A stretch of 64,000 nt of DNA, taken from positions 320,001 to 384,000 of the forward strand of contig CAWJCS010000006.1 in NCBI GenBank assembly GCA_963841435.1. Direction: 5' to 3'. The position numbers and the translations under genes were made by a program. This DNA comes from an uncultured delta proteobacterium (GTDB lineage Bacteria; Myxococcota_A; Polyangia; Polyangiales; Polyangiaceae). This document shows, one piece after another, positions 19,615-28,303 of this stretch (position 1 is the stretch's first letter; each line of letters starts with the position of its first letter). A model generated the notes under the pieces. That model did not search any database. It was given only the letters and a program-made list of their open reading frames with translations, and had not been told where the DNA came from.

Positions 19615-20269
19615 ATGGCTGACGCTCGCGCGCAACTTCTGGGCCTCGGTTGGAACGCCAACGCCTTGCGGGCGCTCACCGAGCATTCGCCTGACGTCAT
19701 CATGGTGCTGAATCTCGCGTGCGAGATGATCGCCCACGATTTCAACAATCTGATGCTCGCCGTGCTCGTGAACGCGGACTTCGCGAAGACAGCGCTCTTC
19801 CCCGACCAGCAGGAGATCCGCTCGCATCTCGAAGAAGTCGAACGCGCCGGCCAGCGCGCCATGGGCGAGGCCCGGCGCTTCGGTGCTGCTCCGTGTCGCC
19901 GACAGCGGGCAGGGGATGGCGAGCGACGTGAAGGAGCGCCTGTTCGAGCCGTTCTTCACCACCAAGGGGCCGACCAAGGGCAGCGGGCTCGGGCTCGCCA
20001 CCGTGTACGCCATCGTCAAGCAACTCCGTGGCGTGATCCGCGTGGAGAGCGAGCCGGGGGCGGGCTCGACGTTCCTGGTCGATTTGCCCGCCTCCGAGCG
20101 CCAGGAAGAACCGGCGGTACCGATTCCGGAGGCGACGCCCGTCGGGGGGAACGAGACCATCCTGGTCGCGGAGGACGAGCCGGCGGTGCGAAGCCTGCTC
20201 GGCAAGCCGTACAAGAGCGCCGAGCTGCTGCACAAGGTGAGGGCGGCGCTCGGCAAGCCGGCGAGCTGA
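19615..20269 (+). pseudogene. Internally deleted hybrid histidine kinase (PAS fragment, HisKA, C-half of HATPase, ends of REC); one +1 indel at ~19882
   Basis: LTEHSPDVIMVL; IAHDFNNL; VADSGQGM...EPFFTTK..GSGLGL; ETILVAEDE joined directly to KPYKSAELLHKV. Confidence 0.7.
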
Positions 20270-20283
20270 CGCTCCCCGATGAC

Positions 20284-20763
20284 TCAAAAACCTTGCCAGC
20301 GCGAAAGCTCGCGGCGGTGCGACCACGCCCAGACGATGACCACGGTGCCCATCACGAGCGTGAGCACGTTGATGGTCACCTCGACGGCAACGCCGCCGGT
20401 ATCGGGGGAGCCGTAGATGCCGTTTTCGAGATCGAACAGCACGTCCATCAACCCGAGGTAGATGCTGTTCGTGCCGGCGGCGATGCAATAAAAGAGCGAG
20501 CTCGCCCGCCGTCGCAGGAGGGCCACCGTTGCCACGAGGCCCGTCAACACCATCCACGCGTCGGCGAGCGGGAAGGCGTTCTCGAAGGCGTAGTAGGCCT
20601 CCGTGTGGGCCGACGCCAGGATGTCGCGGTCGATGCCGAACCACACGACCCAGTAGGCGAGCGTCGCCACGACCCCGAAGAGCAGCACGCCGACGATGAA
20701 CCCGGTGCCGCGCGGGGTGGCGGAGGGACCGTGTGCAGCCGGCGCGGGGTCACCGGGCGTCAT
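20284..20763 (-). CDS. Hypothetical membrane protein (about 4 TM)
   Basis: Four hydrophobic segments; FENAFPLAD motif. Confidence 0.7.
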   Translation of the reverse strand: MTPGDPAPAAHGPSATPRGTGFIVGVLLFGVVATLAYWVVWFGIDRDILASAHTEAYYAFENAFPLADAWMVLTGLVATVALLRRRASSLFYCIAAGTNSIYLGLMDVLFDLENGIYGSPDTGGVAVEVTINVLTLVMGTVVIVWAWSHRRELSRWQGF

Positions 20764-20883
20764 CGGGCTCCTCGCGAGGGGTGAGCCAAGATTTCAGACA
20801 CTGCAGGACGAAGCCCCAGACGCCCCCCGCGACGATGCGAACGTCGTCCCCGAGCGGGCTCTTGCGACGCGCAAGGACGCGGC

Positions 20884-21699
20884 TCATCCGGTCACTTCGC
20901 CGAACAGGTTGGGGTCGAGCCAGCGTGTCTCGTCGCCGTCGATGAGCAGCACGGATTCGAACTTCGCGCCCAGCGCACCCTTGCCGAGGTGCGGCTCGAC
21001 CGCGTAGAGCCCGCGCGCGCGACCCGGGGCTCGCGCGCGCAGGAATGGATAGGGCCCCCGCACGAGGTGATGCAGCACGATGCCGGTAGCGTACGTCACA
21101 AGGAGCGGCAGTTGAAACCCCGTACCGATGCGCGGCGCGCGGGACCAGAAGTTCGGAAATCCTTCGAGGGTGTGGCCGAGCACGTTCGCGGGGTAGCGCG
21201 TGTGGATCACGTCGAGATCGGCCGCGTGGGCCGACGCTTCGACGTGCTCGCAGACCTCGTCTGCGCGTGCCCCGGGGCTCGCCCATTCGATGAGCTCGCG
21301 CTTGATGCCCTCGAGCGCTCCGAGTAGCTCGCCATGGACGCCCGAGCGCGCGGCCGACGGCGCGCCCGCGAGGCCCGAATAGGCGAAGTCGGCAGGGAAG
21401 CCGGACACGAGCGGCGCGGCGTCGAGGATGAATGGCTCGCCGGGCTCGAGCACGCGGTCGCTCGGCAGAGCGTTCGGCTCCCAAGCGCCGTGCCAGTCGA
21501 AGCGCGTTCGCTCGCCCCACCACGCGTACGGGGTGTGCAGCCAATGCTCGACGCGAGCCTTGTCGAGCTCGCGCTCGATTCGCGCGCAGACACCGCGCTC
21601 CGTGTCGCCCGGGCGGACGCCGTCTGCTACGCTCAAGATCGCATCGCGCGCGATGCGCTGGGCATTCGCGATACCCGCGATGTACGCGCCGCGCATCAT
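20884..21699 (-). CDS. M24-family metallopeptidase-like protein (catalytic domain only)
   Basis: ILDAAP, ADFAYS, LGHTL, VEPH, KFES supply the D,D,H,E,E ligand set; ATGA overlap with SDR stop. Confidence 0.78.
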   Translation of the reverse strand: MMRGAYIAGIANAQRIARDAILSVADGVRPGDTERGVCARIERELDKARVEHWLHTPYAWWGERTRFDWHGAWEPNALPSDRVLEPGEPFILDAAPLVSGFPADFAYSGLAGAPSAARSGVHGELLGALEGIKRELIEWASPGARADEVCEHVEASAHAADLDVIHTRYPANVLGHTLEGFPNFWSRAPRIGTGFQLPLLVTYATGIVLHHLVRGPYPFLRARAPGRARGLYAVEPHLGKGALGAKFESVLLIDGDETRWLDPNLFGEVTG

Positions 21700-22486
21700 G
21701 TCGGTGTCCGCTTCGGGCGGTTCAAGAAGCCGACGACGCCGCGTACCCAGGAGCGCGGGCTCACCCGCACGAGCTGGACGCCGAGCCACGTCTTGAAACC
21801 GTGAATTGCGACCACACGCCGCGCGAGCATGGCGCGGTACGCCGCCCTGGCGACGCGCGGTGCCGGGGCCGCGCCGAGCAGCCCGAAGAGCCGCGAGTCG
21901 GCCATGCCCGAGACGCCACCGAACTCGGTCGCCGTGGGGCCGGGGCAGCTCACCGTGACGCTGACGCCCGTTCCACGGAGCTCGTGGGCCAGGGCCTCGC
22001 TGAAGCTATTCACGAAGGCTTTCGAAGCGTAGTAGCTCGCAATGTAGGGGCCGGGCTGAAACCCCGCGCTCGAGCCCAGATTCAAGACGAACCCTTTCCT
22101 TCGCGCGAGCATGCCGGGCAGGAGCGCGCGCGTGAGGCGCACCAAGGCGCTCACGTTGGTTTCGATAACGGCGATCTCGCGCGCGGCGTCGCTCTCCGCG
22201 AAGGGCCCCGTCGTACCGATGCCGGCGGAGTTCACCAGGAAAATCGAGCTCGAGCCCGCGCGCCGCGACCTCGTTCACGAGGCTCTCGACGCCGCCGGGC
22301 GCCGTGAGAATCGCACGCGAACGCCAGGGCCTGCTTGCCGTGCTGTCTCGTGAGCTCCTCGGCGAGCTCGTCGAGTCGCTCGCGGCGTCTGGCGACGAGC
22401 AGGACCTCGTGCCCGTCACCCGCAAGGAGCCGAGCCAGCTCTCTGCCGATGCCTGCCGATGCGCCGGTGACGAGTGCGGTGCCCAC
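21696..22486 (-). CDS. Short-chain dehydrogenase/reductase (DltE-like), two +1 indels at ~22310 and ~22240
   Basis: [13 protein letters not shown] and YYASK fall in three frames; removing one T at each site restores ACDLTAP and LDFLVNSAG. Confidence 0.85.
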
Positions 22487-22545
22487 GCGCGGCGGAACGT
22501 AGTGCCGGGTGCCGAAGACGGCAATCGGGGTCGCCTCATCCAATC

Positions 22546-23379
22546 TTAGAGCCAATAGTCGGCCACCACGACGAAGTGATCCGAGTAGATGGTCGGAATC
22601 ACCTGACTTCGTCGGAGGCCGAGCCCGTTCGAGAAGATCCAGTCGGTCTCGTAGGGAACGAGCATCGTGGGGATGAAGCGCCGCAGGTTGGGCGTCATGT
22701 AGCGGCCGAGCTCGGTGACCGAGCGTTCGAGGCGCGCGGGGTCCCACAGGTTTCCCATGGCGTTGAAGTCGCCGAGGATGATGCCGCGGGCGCGTGGGTG
22801 CCGGCGGCGCTCGGCGAGCCAGTGGCCGAGCACGACCCGAGCCTGCGACAGCCGGCCGTACACGGGCGCGTAGTTTTTTCCCGCGCGGTTCGAAAGGTGA
22901 AGGTCATAGACGCGGAGCCGCCGTCCGCCGACGACGAGATCCACCCATGCTGCGGAGCGCTTCGCGCCCACCTGCGGCAAGGTGAGCCCACCGCGCCGGT
23001 AAATCGGAAAGCGCGACAGGATCACCTGTGCCTTCCGGCATGGCTCGCGCGACGCGGGGTCGGCGAGCACGGCGTGCTCGTGCACCGCGCCATGCGCCCG
23101 CAGCATGATGCCGCGAAAGAGATCAATCGTACGCCGATCGTTCAGGCATGCCTCCTGCAGGCCGATGACGTCGAAGCGCTCGAGGTGGGCATTGTGCTCG
23201 AACGTCCGCCGGATGAGGCCGGTGATGGGCTGACGAAACGCGACACCCATGGCGACGTTGAAGGTCACCACTCGGAGCGTTACGGGCCGAGCGCGGGCGC
23301 TGCTCGTCGCCAAGAGCGCGCAAAGGGCCCCGAGAAGCGCCAGAAAGTGACCCCGCCGTGCGGGCGCGAGCGCCGGCAT
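22546..23379 (-). CDS. Endonuclease/exonuclease/phosphatase-family secreted protein
   Basis: VVTFNV, DVIGLQE, ILGDFN, DWIF, SDHF motifs; signal peptide. Confidence 0.88.
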   Translation of the reverse strand: MPALAPARRGHFLALLGALCALLATSSARARPVTLRVVTFNVAMGVAFRQPITGLIRRTFEHNAHLERFDVIGLQEACLNDRRTIDLFRGIMLRAHGAVHEHAVLADPASREPCRKAQVILSRFPIYRRGGLTLPQVGAKRSAAWVDLVVGGRRLRVYDLHLSNRAGKNYAPVYGRLSQARVVLGHWLAERRRHPRARGIILGDFNAMGNLWDPARLERSVTELGRYMTPNLRRFIPTMLVPYETDWIFSNGLGLRRSQVIPTIYSDHFVVVADYWL

Positions 23380-23456
23380 CCCTCCAATTTAGCACGACTC
23401 GTTCACTAGTCCCCTCGTGCCGGGCCGGATATAGTCGGCCTTCGGAGGAGCCGAGG

Positions 23457-24182
23457 ATGAACGCATCAACCGTGATCTTGATCGCGTTTTTCACGTCCGC
23501 CGTGACGGCCACGGGCACCGCGCTCGTGCTCGCGCGCGCCGGGATGCTCACACCGGCGCCCGCCGCGGCCGACGCCGAGGGAAGCGGCGAGATCGTTCCG
23601 GACTTTTCGGGTCTCGCCGAGGCGGACGCTCGCTCGAACGCCGCGACGGCGCACGTCGCACTGCTCGTCGCAGGGCGCGAGGCGACACCGGGCAAGCGAC
23701 CCGGGACGGTGGTGCGTCAATCGGTGCCGCCGGGCCAGCGCGTGCCGCGCGACCATCCCGTGAGCGTGGTGCTGGCCGACGAGCTGCCGCTCGTGCCCAA
23801 GGTGGTGGGTCTCTCGCTCGCGGACGCGACCGGGCGGCTCGAGCAGGCCGGCTTCCGCGTCGTCACCGGCGCGAAGGTGCCGGACGCCACGGTGCCCGAG
23901 GGCGCCGTGATCTCGCAGGCGCCGGCCGGCGAGGAGGGGCTCGAAAAGGGCGGCAGCGTCGCGCTGCGCATTTCTGCAGGGCCCGAGGCGGTCGAGGTGC
24001 CGAGCGTCACGGGCAGCGGTGTGCAACGCGCGAAGACCGAGCTCGAGCAGCTGGGGCTCAAGCCCGTCGTCGAGTGGGTGTCGGTCGCCGAGTCGCAGGG
24101 GCTCATCGTCATGCGGCAGACGCCGAGCGCCGGCGAGAAGGCCAAGCCCGGGACCGAAGTTCACATCGTCGCGAACCAGTGA
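23457..24182 (+). CDS. PASTA-domain membrane protein (3 PASTA repeats)
   Basis: N-terminal TM; VPDFSG, VPKVVG, VPSVTG each followed by G.V..Q.P; GGAGG SD before ATG 23457. Confidence 0.85.
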   Translation: MNASTVILIAFFTSAVTATGTALVLARAGMLTPAPAAADAEGSGEIVPDFSGLAEADARSNAATAHVALLVAGREATPGKRPGTVVRQSVPPGQRVPRDHPVSVVLADELPLVPKVVGLSLADATGRLEQAGFRVVTGAKVPDATVPEGAVISQAPAGEEGLEKGGSVALRISAGPEAVEVPSVTGSGVQRAKTELEQLGLKPVVEWVSVAESQGLIVMRQTPSAGEKAKPGTEVHIVANQ

Positions 24183-24186
24183 GCGC

Positions 24187-25587
24187 TCAGTGCGCTTTTT
24201 CGCGGGCGGCGCCCGCGAGCACCATTTGGTAGGCGACCTTGAGCGCCTCGTCGGGACCCTTTCGGGGATCGACGGGCACCTCGCGGGCGACGCCGTGGTC
24301 AACGTCGTCCGTGGTCTGCGGACCGGTGGCACCGGAGCTCGGCGGCTCGAGCGGCGAAGGGACCGGGTCATTGGGAGCGCCCTCGACGGGGGCGAGGTGG
24401 CCCTCGAGATTCTGCTCGCGAACGATGCCGTAGTCGCCCGGTGCGGCGCCCACGACAACGTCCGGCTTGACGCCCTCGCCCTGGATCGCCTGGCCGCTCG
24501 GCGTGTAATAGCGGAGCGTCGTGAGGCGCAGGCCCGCGCCTCCCGGCAGATCGACGATCGTCTGCACCGAGCCCTTGCCGAACGTCGGCGCGCCCACGAT
24601 GGCCGCGCGTTCCTGGTCGCGCAACGCGCCCGCGACGAGCTCGGAGGCGCTCGCGCTAAACTCGTTGACGAGCACGGCGGCGGGTCCGCGGCGTAGCGCG
24701 CCGGCGCCGTCCGCCTGCACGGCGTCGACGACGCGCCCGCGCCGACGCGTGGTGAAGATCACCCCGCCGTCGAGGAACTCGTCGGCGATGGCGCTCGCCT
24801 CGTCGACGAGACCACCCGGGTTGTTGCGAAGATCGAGCAGCACGCCGGCGAGCCGACCTTTCGCCTCGGAACGCAGCCGACCCAAATGGTCGATGAACTC
24901 GGCGTGCGTTCCCTGCTGGAACGTCTTGATGCGAAGGTAGGCGACGTTGCCGGCGAGGAGCTTGCTCGCAACGCTCGTCACCGTGATCACGCGGCGCACG
25001 AGCGTGAAGTAGAGGAAACGCTCGACGCCGTCGCGCCGCACGGTAAGTTGGACCTTCGTGCCGGGCTCGCCGCGCATGGAACGCACGAGATCCGCCGGGC
25101 TCTTCCCGCGCACACTCTGCCCGTCGAGCGCGACGATGCGATCGCCGGAACGAATACCCGCGCGCTCGGCGGGGGAGCCCTCGATCGGCGCGATCACCGT
25201 GGCGAAATCGGTGGAGAAATCGACCTCGACGCCGATGCCCCCGAAGTGACCCTCGGTGTCGCCGCGGAAGATGCCGTACTCGTCGGGCGCGAGATAGGAC
25301 GAGTGCGGGTCGAGCTCCGCCACCATCCCCTTGATGCTGCCTTCGATGAGTCGCGCACGGTCGACAGGATCGACGTATTCGTTTTCGACCATCACGAGCA
25401 CGCGCGCGAGCTGATCGAGCATTGCGTAGGGGCTCTGGCTCGCCGTGGTCGCTCTCGCGGCCTCGGCGGCGAAGGCGCCACCCGCGAAGGCCGAAAGTGC
25501 GAGAAGGAGCGTCCGCGCAGACGGCGCGCGAAAAGTGCGGCTCGCCGGCCTATGGCACAAACCTGTGGGATCTTGAGGAGCTCGCAT
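24187..25587 (-). CDS. S41 carboxyl-terminal processing protease (CtpA/Prc-like, PDZ)
   Basis: LDPHSSY, FGGIG, DLRNNPGG, SASASE, TFGKGSVQ, YYTPSG; start approximate. Confidence 0.92.
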   Translation of the reverse strand: MRAPQDPTGLCHRPASRTFRAPSARTLLLALSAFAGGAFAAEAARATTASQSPYAMLDQLARVLVMVENEYVDPVDRARLIEGSIKGMVAELDPHSSYLAPDEYGIFRGDTEGHFGGIGVEVDFSTDFATVIAPIEGSPAERAGIRSGDRIVALDGQSVRGKSPADLVRSMRGEPGTKVQLTVRRDGVERFLYFTLVRRVITVTSVASKLLAGNVAYLRIKTFQQGTHAEFIDHLGRLRSEAKGRLAGVLLDLRNNPGGLVDEASAIADEFLDGGVIFTTRRRGRVVDAVQADGAGALRRGPAAVLVNEFSASASELVAGALRDQERAAIVGAPTFGKGSVQTIVDLPGGAGLRLTTLRYYTPSGQAIQGEGVKPDVVVGAAPGDYGIVREQNLEGHLAPVEGAPNDPVPSPLEPPSSGATGPQTTDDVDHGVAREVPVDPRKGPDEALKVAYQMVLAGAAREKAH

Positions 25588-25686
25588 CGGGATGTCTCCA
25601 GAATACTGTATTGATCTCGGGAATCTGTGGGTGCTACAAGGTGAGACGAACACGGGCACTTGCCCACCCCTTCCACCGAGGTACTC

Positions 25687-25905
25687 GTGGCCGACGACCC
25701 CAACAAGTCCGGGAGCGACAAGCGGAAGCAGAGCTTGTACTTCCCCGAGTCGATGCTGCAGGAGATCAAGGACGAGGCGGCGCGTCTCGACCGTTCGCTC
25801 TCGTGGGTCGTGCAGCGGGCCTGGAAGATGGCTCGCGTCGAGATCAAGAAGATCCCGAGCGTCAACGACATCGGTGACGACGAAGAAGAAGAAGCCGCCA
25901 CCTGA
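25687..25905 (+). CDS. MXAN_4361/4362-family (TIGR04563) small protein
   Basis: DKRKQSLYFPESMLQEIKDEAARLDRSLSWVVQRAWK matches the family as I recall it; GAGG SD before GTG 25687. Confidence 0.85.
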   Translation: MADDPNKSGSDKRKQSLYFPESMLQEIKDEAARLDRSLSWVVQRAWKMARVEIKKIPSVNDIGDDEEEEAAT

Positions 25906-26815
25906 GGGCGGAGGGCGCGCCGAGTTCCACGCGCCGGCGCCCGACGGCACCCCTCTGTACGTCGAGCAGGCTCGGGGTGCCTCGGCGGTCACCGCGCTCT
26001 TGTGCGACGGCATCGCCTGCGACGGGTTCATCTGGAAGTACCTCTGGCCCGCGCTAGCGGCCGAGTTTTCCGTTGCCCACTTTCACTATCGGGGCCACGG
26101 CCGGAGCGGCGCGCCGCGCGACCCCGAGCGTATCGACGTGGCCGCGCACGTCGCCGATCTCGATGCCGTCCGGCTCGCGCTCGGTGATCCGCCCGTCGTC
26201 CTTTTCGGGCACTCCTTCGGCACCCAGGTGGCGCTCGAGGCACTGCGCTTGCGGCCCGCGGGCGTGCAGGCGCTCGTCTGCGTGTGCGGCAGCTTCGGTC
26301 GCGTCACCTACACCTTCAAGGGCACGGACATGCTTGCGAACGTGCTGCCCAATCTCGTGGAGTTCGTCGGTCAGCATCCGCACCTCGGGCGCGCGTTGTG
26401 GGCGAACGTGCCCGTGAGCGCCGCGATGCGCGTGGCCGCGCTCACGGGCGACATCGACGTGTCGCGCGTGAAGCCCGAGGACGTCGAGCCGTACTTTCGC
26501 CACGCGGCGTCGCTCGATTTCGAGCTCTTTTTGCGCATGCTGCGCGCGGCTGGCGAGCATTCCGCCGAGGACCTCCTGCCTCACATCGACGTGCCCGTGC
26601 TCGTCGTCGCGGCAGAGCTCGACTCGTTCACGCCCCCGCACGTATCACGAGCCATGGCCGAGGCGATCCCCGGCGCGGAGCTCGCGTTGCTCCCCGCGGG
26701 GTCGCACCTCTTGCCGCTCGAGCAACACGAAGAGCTCGGCCGCATCGTGCTCGATTTTCTCGAGCGGCGCGTGCTCGGCAAAGAGAACAACCGGGCCGCG
26801 AGCGGCAGCGGGTGA
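25874..26815 (+). CDS. Alpha/beta-fold hydrolase
   Basis: YRGHGRS, GHSFG nucleophile elbow, ELDSFTP, GSHL; start uncertain. Confidence 0.88.
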   Translation: MTTKKKKPPPEGGGRAEFHAPAPDGTPLYVEQARGASAVTALLCDGIACDGFIWKYLWPALAAEFSVAHFHYRGHGRSGAPRDPERIDVAAHVADLDAVRLALGDPPVVLFGHSFGTQVALEALRLRPAGVQALVCVCGSFGRVTYTFKGTDMLANVLPNLVEFVGQHPHLGRALWANVPVSAAMRVAALTGDIDVSRVKPEDVEPYFRHAASLDFELFLRMLRAAGEHSAEDLLPHIDVPVLVVAAELDSFTPPHVSRAMAEAIPGAELALLPAGSHLLPLEQHEELGRIVLDFLERRVLGKENNRAASGSG

Positions 26816-26839
26816 ACGCCCGCGTGGGCCTCTCGGCCG

Positions 26840-28009
26840 CTATGGCTCGACGATGGCGACGCGCTCCGGCCTGCGAAACAGGATTTTTCCCGTCTCGCCG
26901 GGACACCCCCAGCACGTCGAAAAGTGCAGCCGCGGTCGGATGTCGTCCGTGTAGGCGAGCGCGACGGGGCCCGGCTCGTTCTTCATGACGAAGCTGCCAG
27001 CGAGCCGGTACTGGTCGCCGCCGAGCGCGTAAAAGGCGACCACGAACGACGTCGTGTCGCCCGAGCGCCCGGAGGCCACGAGCACCTCCTCGCCCGGCAC
27101 GGGTCGCCAGAGAAGCGGCGTCGTCGTGAAGGAGAAGCCCTTTTTGTCGCCGGGCCCACGCGCGAGGACGGTCTCGGCCGAATCCGGCTCTCGGAAGAAC
27201 TTCACGTCCTTGGCGATGCCGCGCGTGATGGGATCCGCCGAGAGCAACGCCGCGAGGCGCTCGGCCCCGAGGCGAATCTTCTCGTAGGCGACACCGAGCG
27301 TCGGCTCGGGCAGCTGCCGGGCGTTCGGTGGCCCGTGGCAGCAGCGAAATCCGATGTCGGCCGCGGTCGTGTCGGGTGCGGCGCCCGTGCGCGCCGCGCA
27401 GCGATGCTCTCCGCCCGGTGCGTCCCGCGGCGCGCCGCGCAGCGCGGCGAGCGGTTTCGAGCTACCAGGCGCGATGTCGCTCGCGGTCCATTCGCGCACG
27501 AGGGTCCCCATGCCGAGCACGTCGAAGCCGCTCGCGCAGCCGAGTGGTGTCGTTGTGCAGCTCGGTTCCCAGGCGTCGCCCGTGGGGAAGCGATCACTTT
27601 CCGGACCCTTGCAGGCGCGCTCCCACTCGAGCTCCGTGCAGAGGCGCGCGCCGCGCTCGGAGCAAAGGCGCGCCGCTTCGTCGCGCGACACACCCGTGCG
27701 CGGCGCGGCGCTGGGATCGTTGGGGTAATAGAGTCGATCGATCGCGAACCCGCCGAGCTCCACCGTGAGCAGGCGTGGCTCGAGCTCCGGGCGGCGGCCG
27801 GGGTCGCCCGGAGTGCTGCCTGCCCGAAACGCGCCGGTCGGGACGTCGCGCGACTGCCCGGCCTCGGCGGCCGCCGTGGGTGGACGCGGCGGGCCAGGTT
27901 TCGGCGTCGAAGCGCCAGGCTTCGGTGCGGGAGCCGCGTCCTTCGACCCTCGGCAGGCGACGACGGCGATGGCCGCTGTGAGCAGGCTGAAGGCGTGGCG
28001 CGCGCGCAC
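26840..28009 (-). CDS. SUMF1/FGE-domain lipoprotein
   Basis: Lipobox VVAC; RLCTELEWERACKG, VREWT, IGFRCC. Confidence 0.82.
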   Translation of the reverse strand: MRARHAFSLLTAAIAVVACRGSKDAAPAPKPGASTPKPGPPRPPTAAAEAGQSRDVPTGAFRAGSTPGDPGRRPELEPRLLTVELGGFAIDRLYYPNDPSAAPRTGVSRDEAARLCSERGARLCTELEWERACKGPESDRFPTGDAWEPSCTTTPLGCASGFDVLGMGTLVREWTASDIAPGSSKPLAALRGAPRDAPGGEHRCAARTGAAPDTTAADIGFRCCHGPPNARQLPEPTLGVAYEKIRLGAERLAALLSADPITRGIAKDVKFFREPDSAETVLARGPGDKKGFSFTTTPLLWRPVPGEEVLVASGRSGDTTSFVVAFYALGGDQYRLAGSFVMKNEPGPVALAYTDDIRPRLHFSTCWGCPGETGKILFRRPERVAIVEP

Positions 28010-28072
28010 GGCGGGGGAGCCTATCAGGCTCGCCGCCTGCCGAGGACCCGGCTCGTGCGCTAACCTCGGCGC

Positions 28073-28303
28073 GTGGTCGCATCCGACATCGCAGAGCTCG
28101 CGCGCCTCGTGCTCGCCGGCGCCGACGATCCGGCCCTCGTTGCCTGTCTCGGCCGTCGCGCGGGCGCTCCTGAGCTCGCCCGTGTGCGCGAGCTGGGGGA
28201 ACGAGCCCTTCTCGCACGAGCGAGCGAGGAGGAGACGGCGCTCGCCCTCGGGGTCCTGTTCGTGCTCGGCTCGCCTCGACGCGCGGAGGCTCACGGGCCG
28301 TGA
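28073..28303 (+). CDS. Small hypothetical protein coupled to the downstream dehydratase
   Basis: GTGA overlap at 28300; TAACCT -10-like box 6 nt upstream. Confidence 0.45.
   Translation: MVASDIAELARLVLAGADDPALVACLGRRAGAPELARVRELGERALLARASEEETALALGVLFVLGSPRRAEAHGP

Noticed and set aside
19369..20784. 471-aa ORF as a real gene
   Set aside because: Overlaps sdhB and an opposite-strand gene; only 19615-19880 is kinase-like and the rest is off-frame Arg-rich sequence
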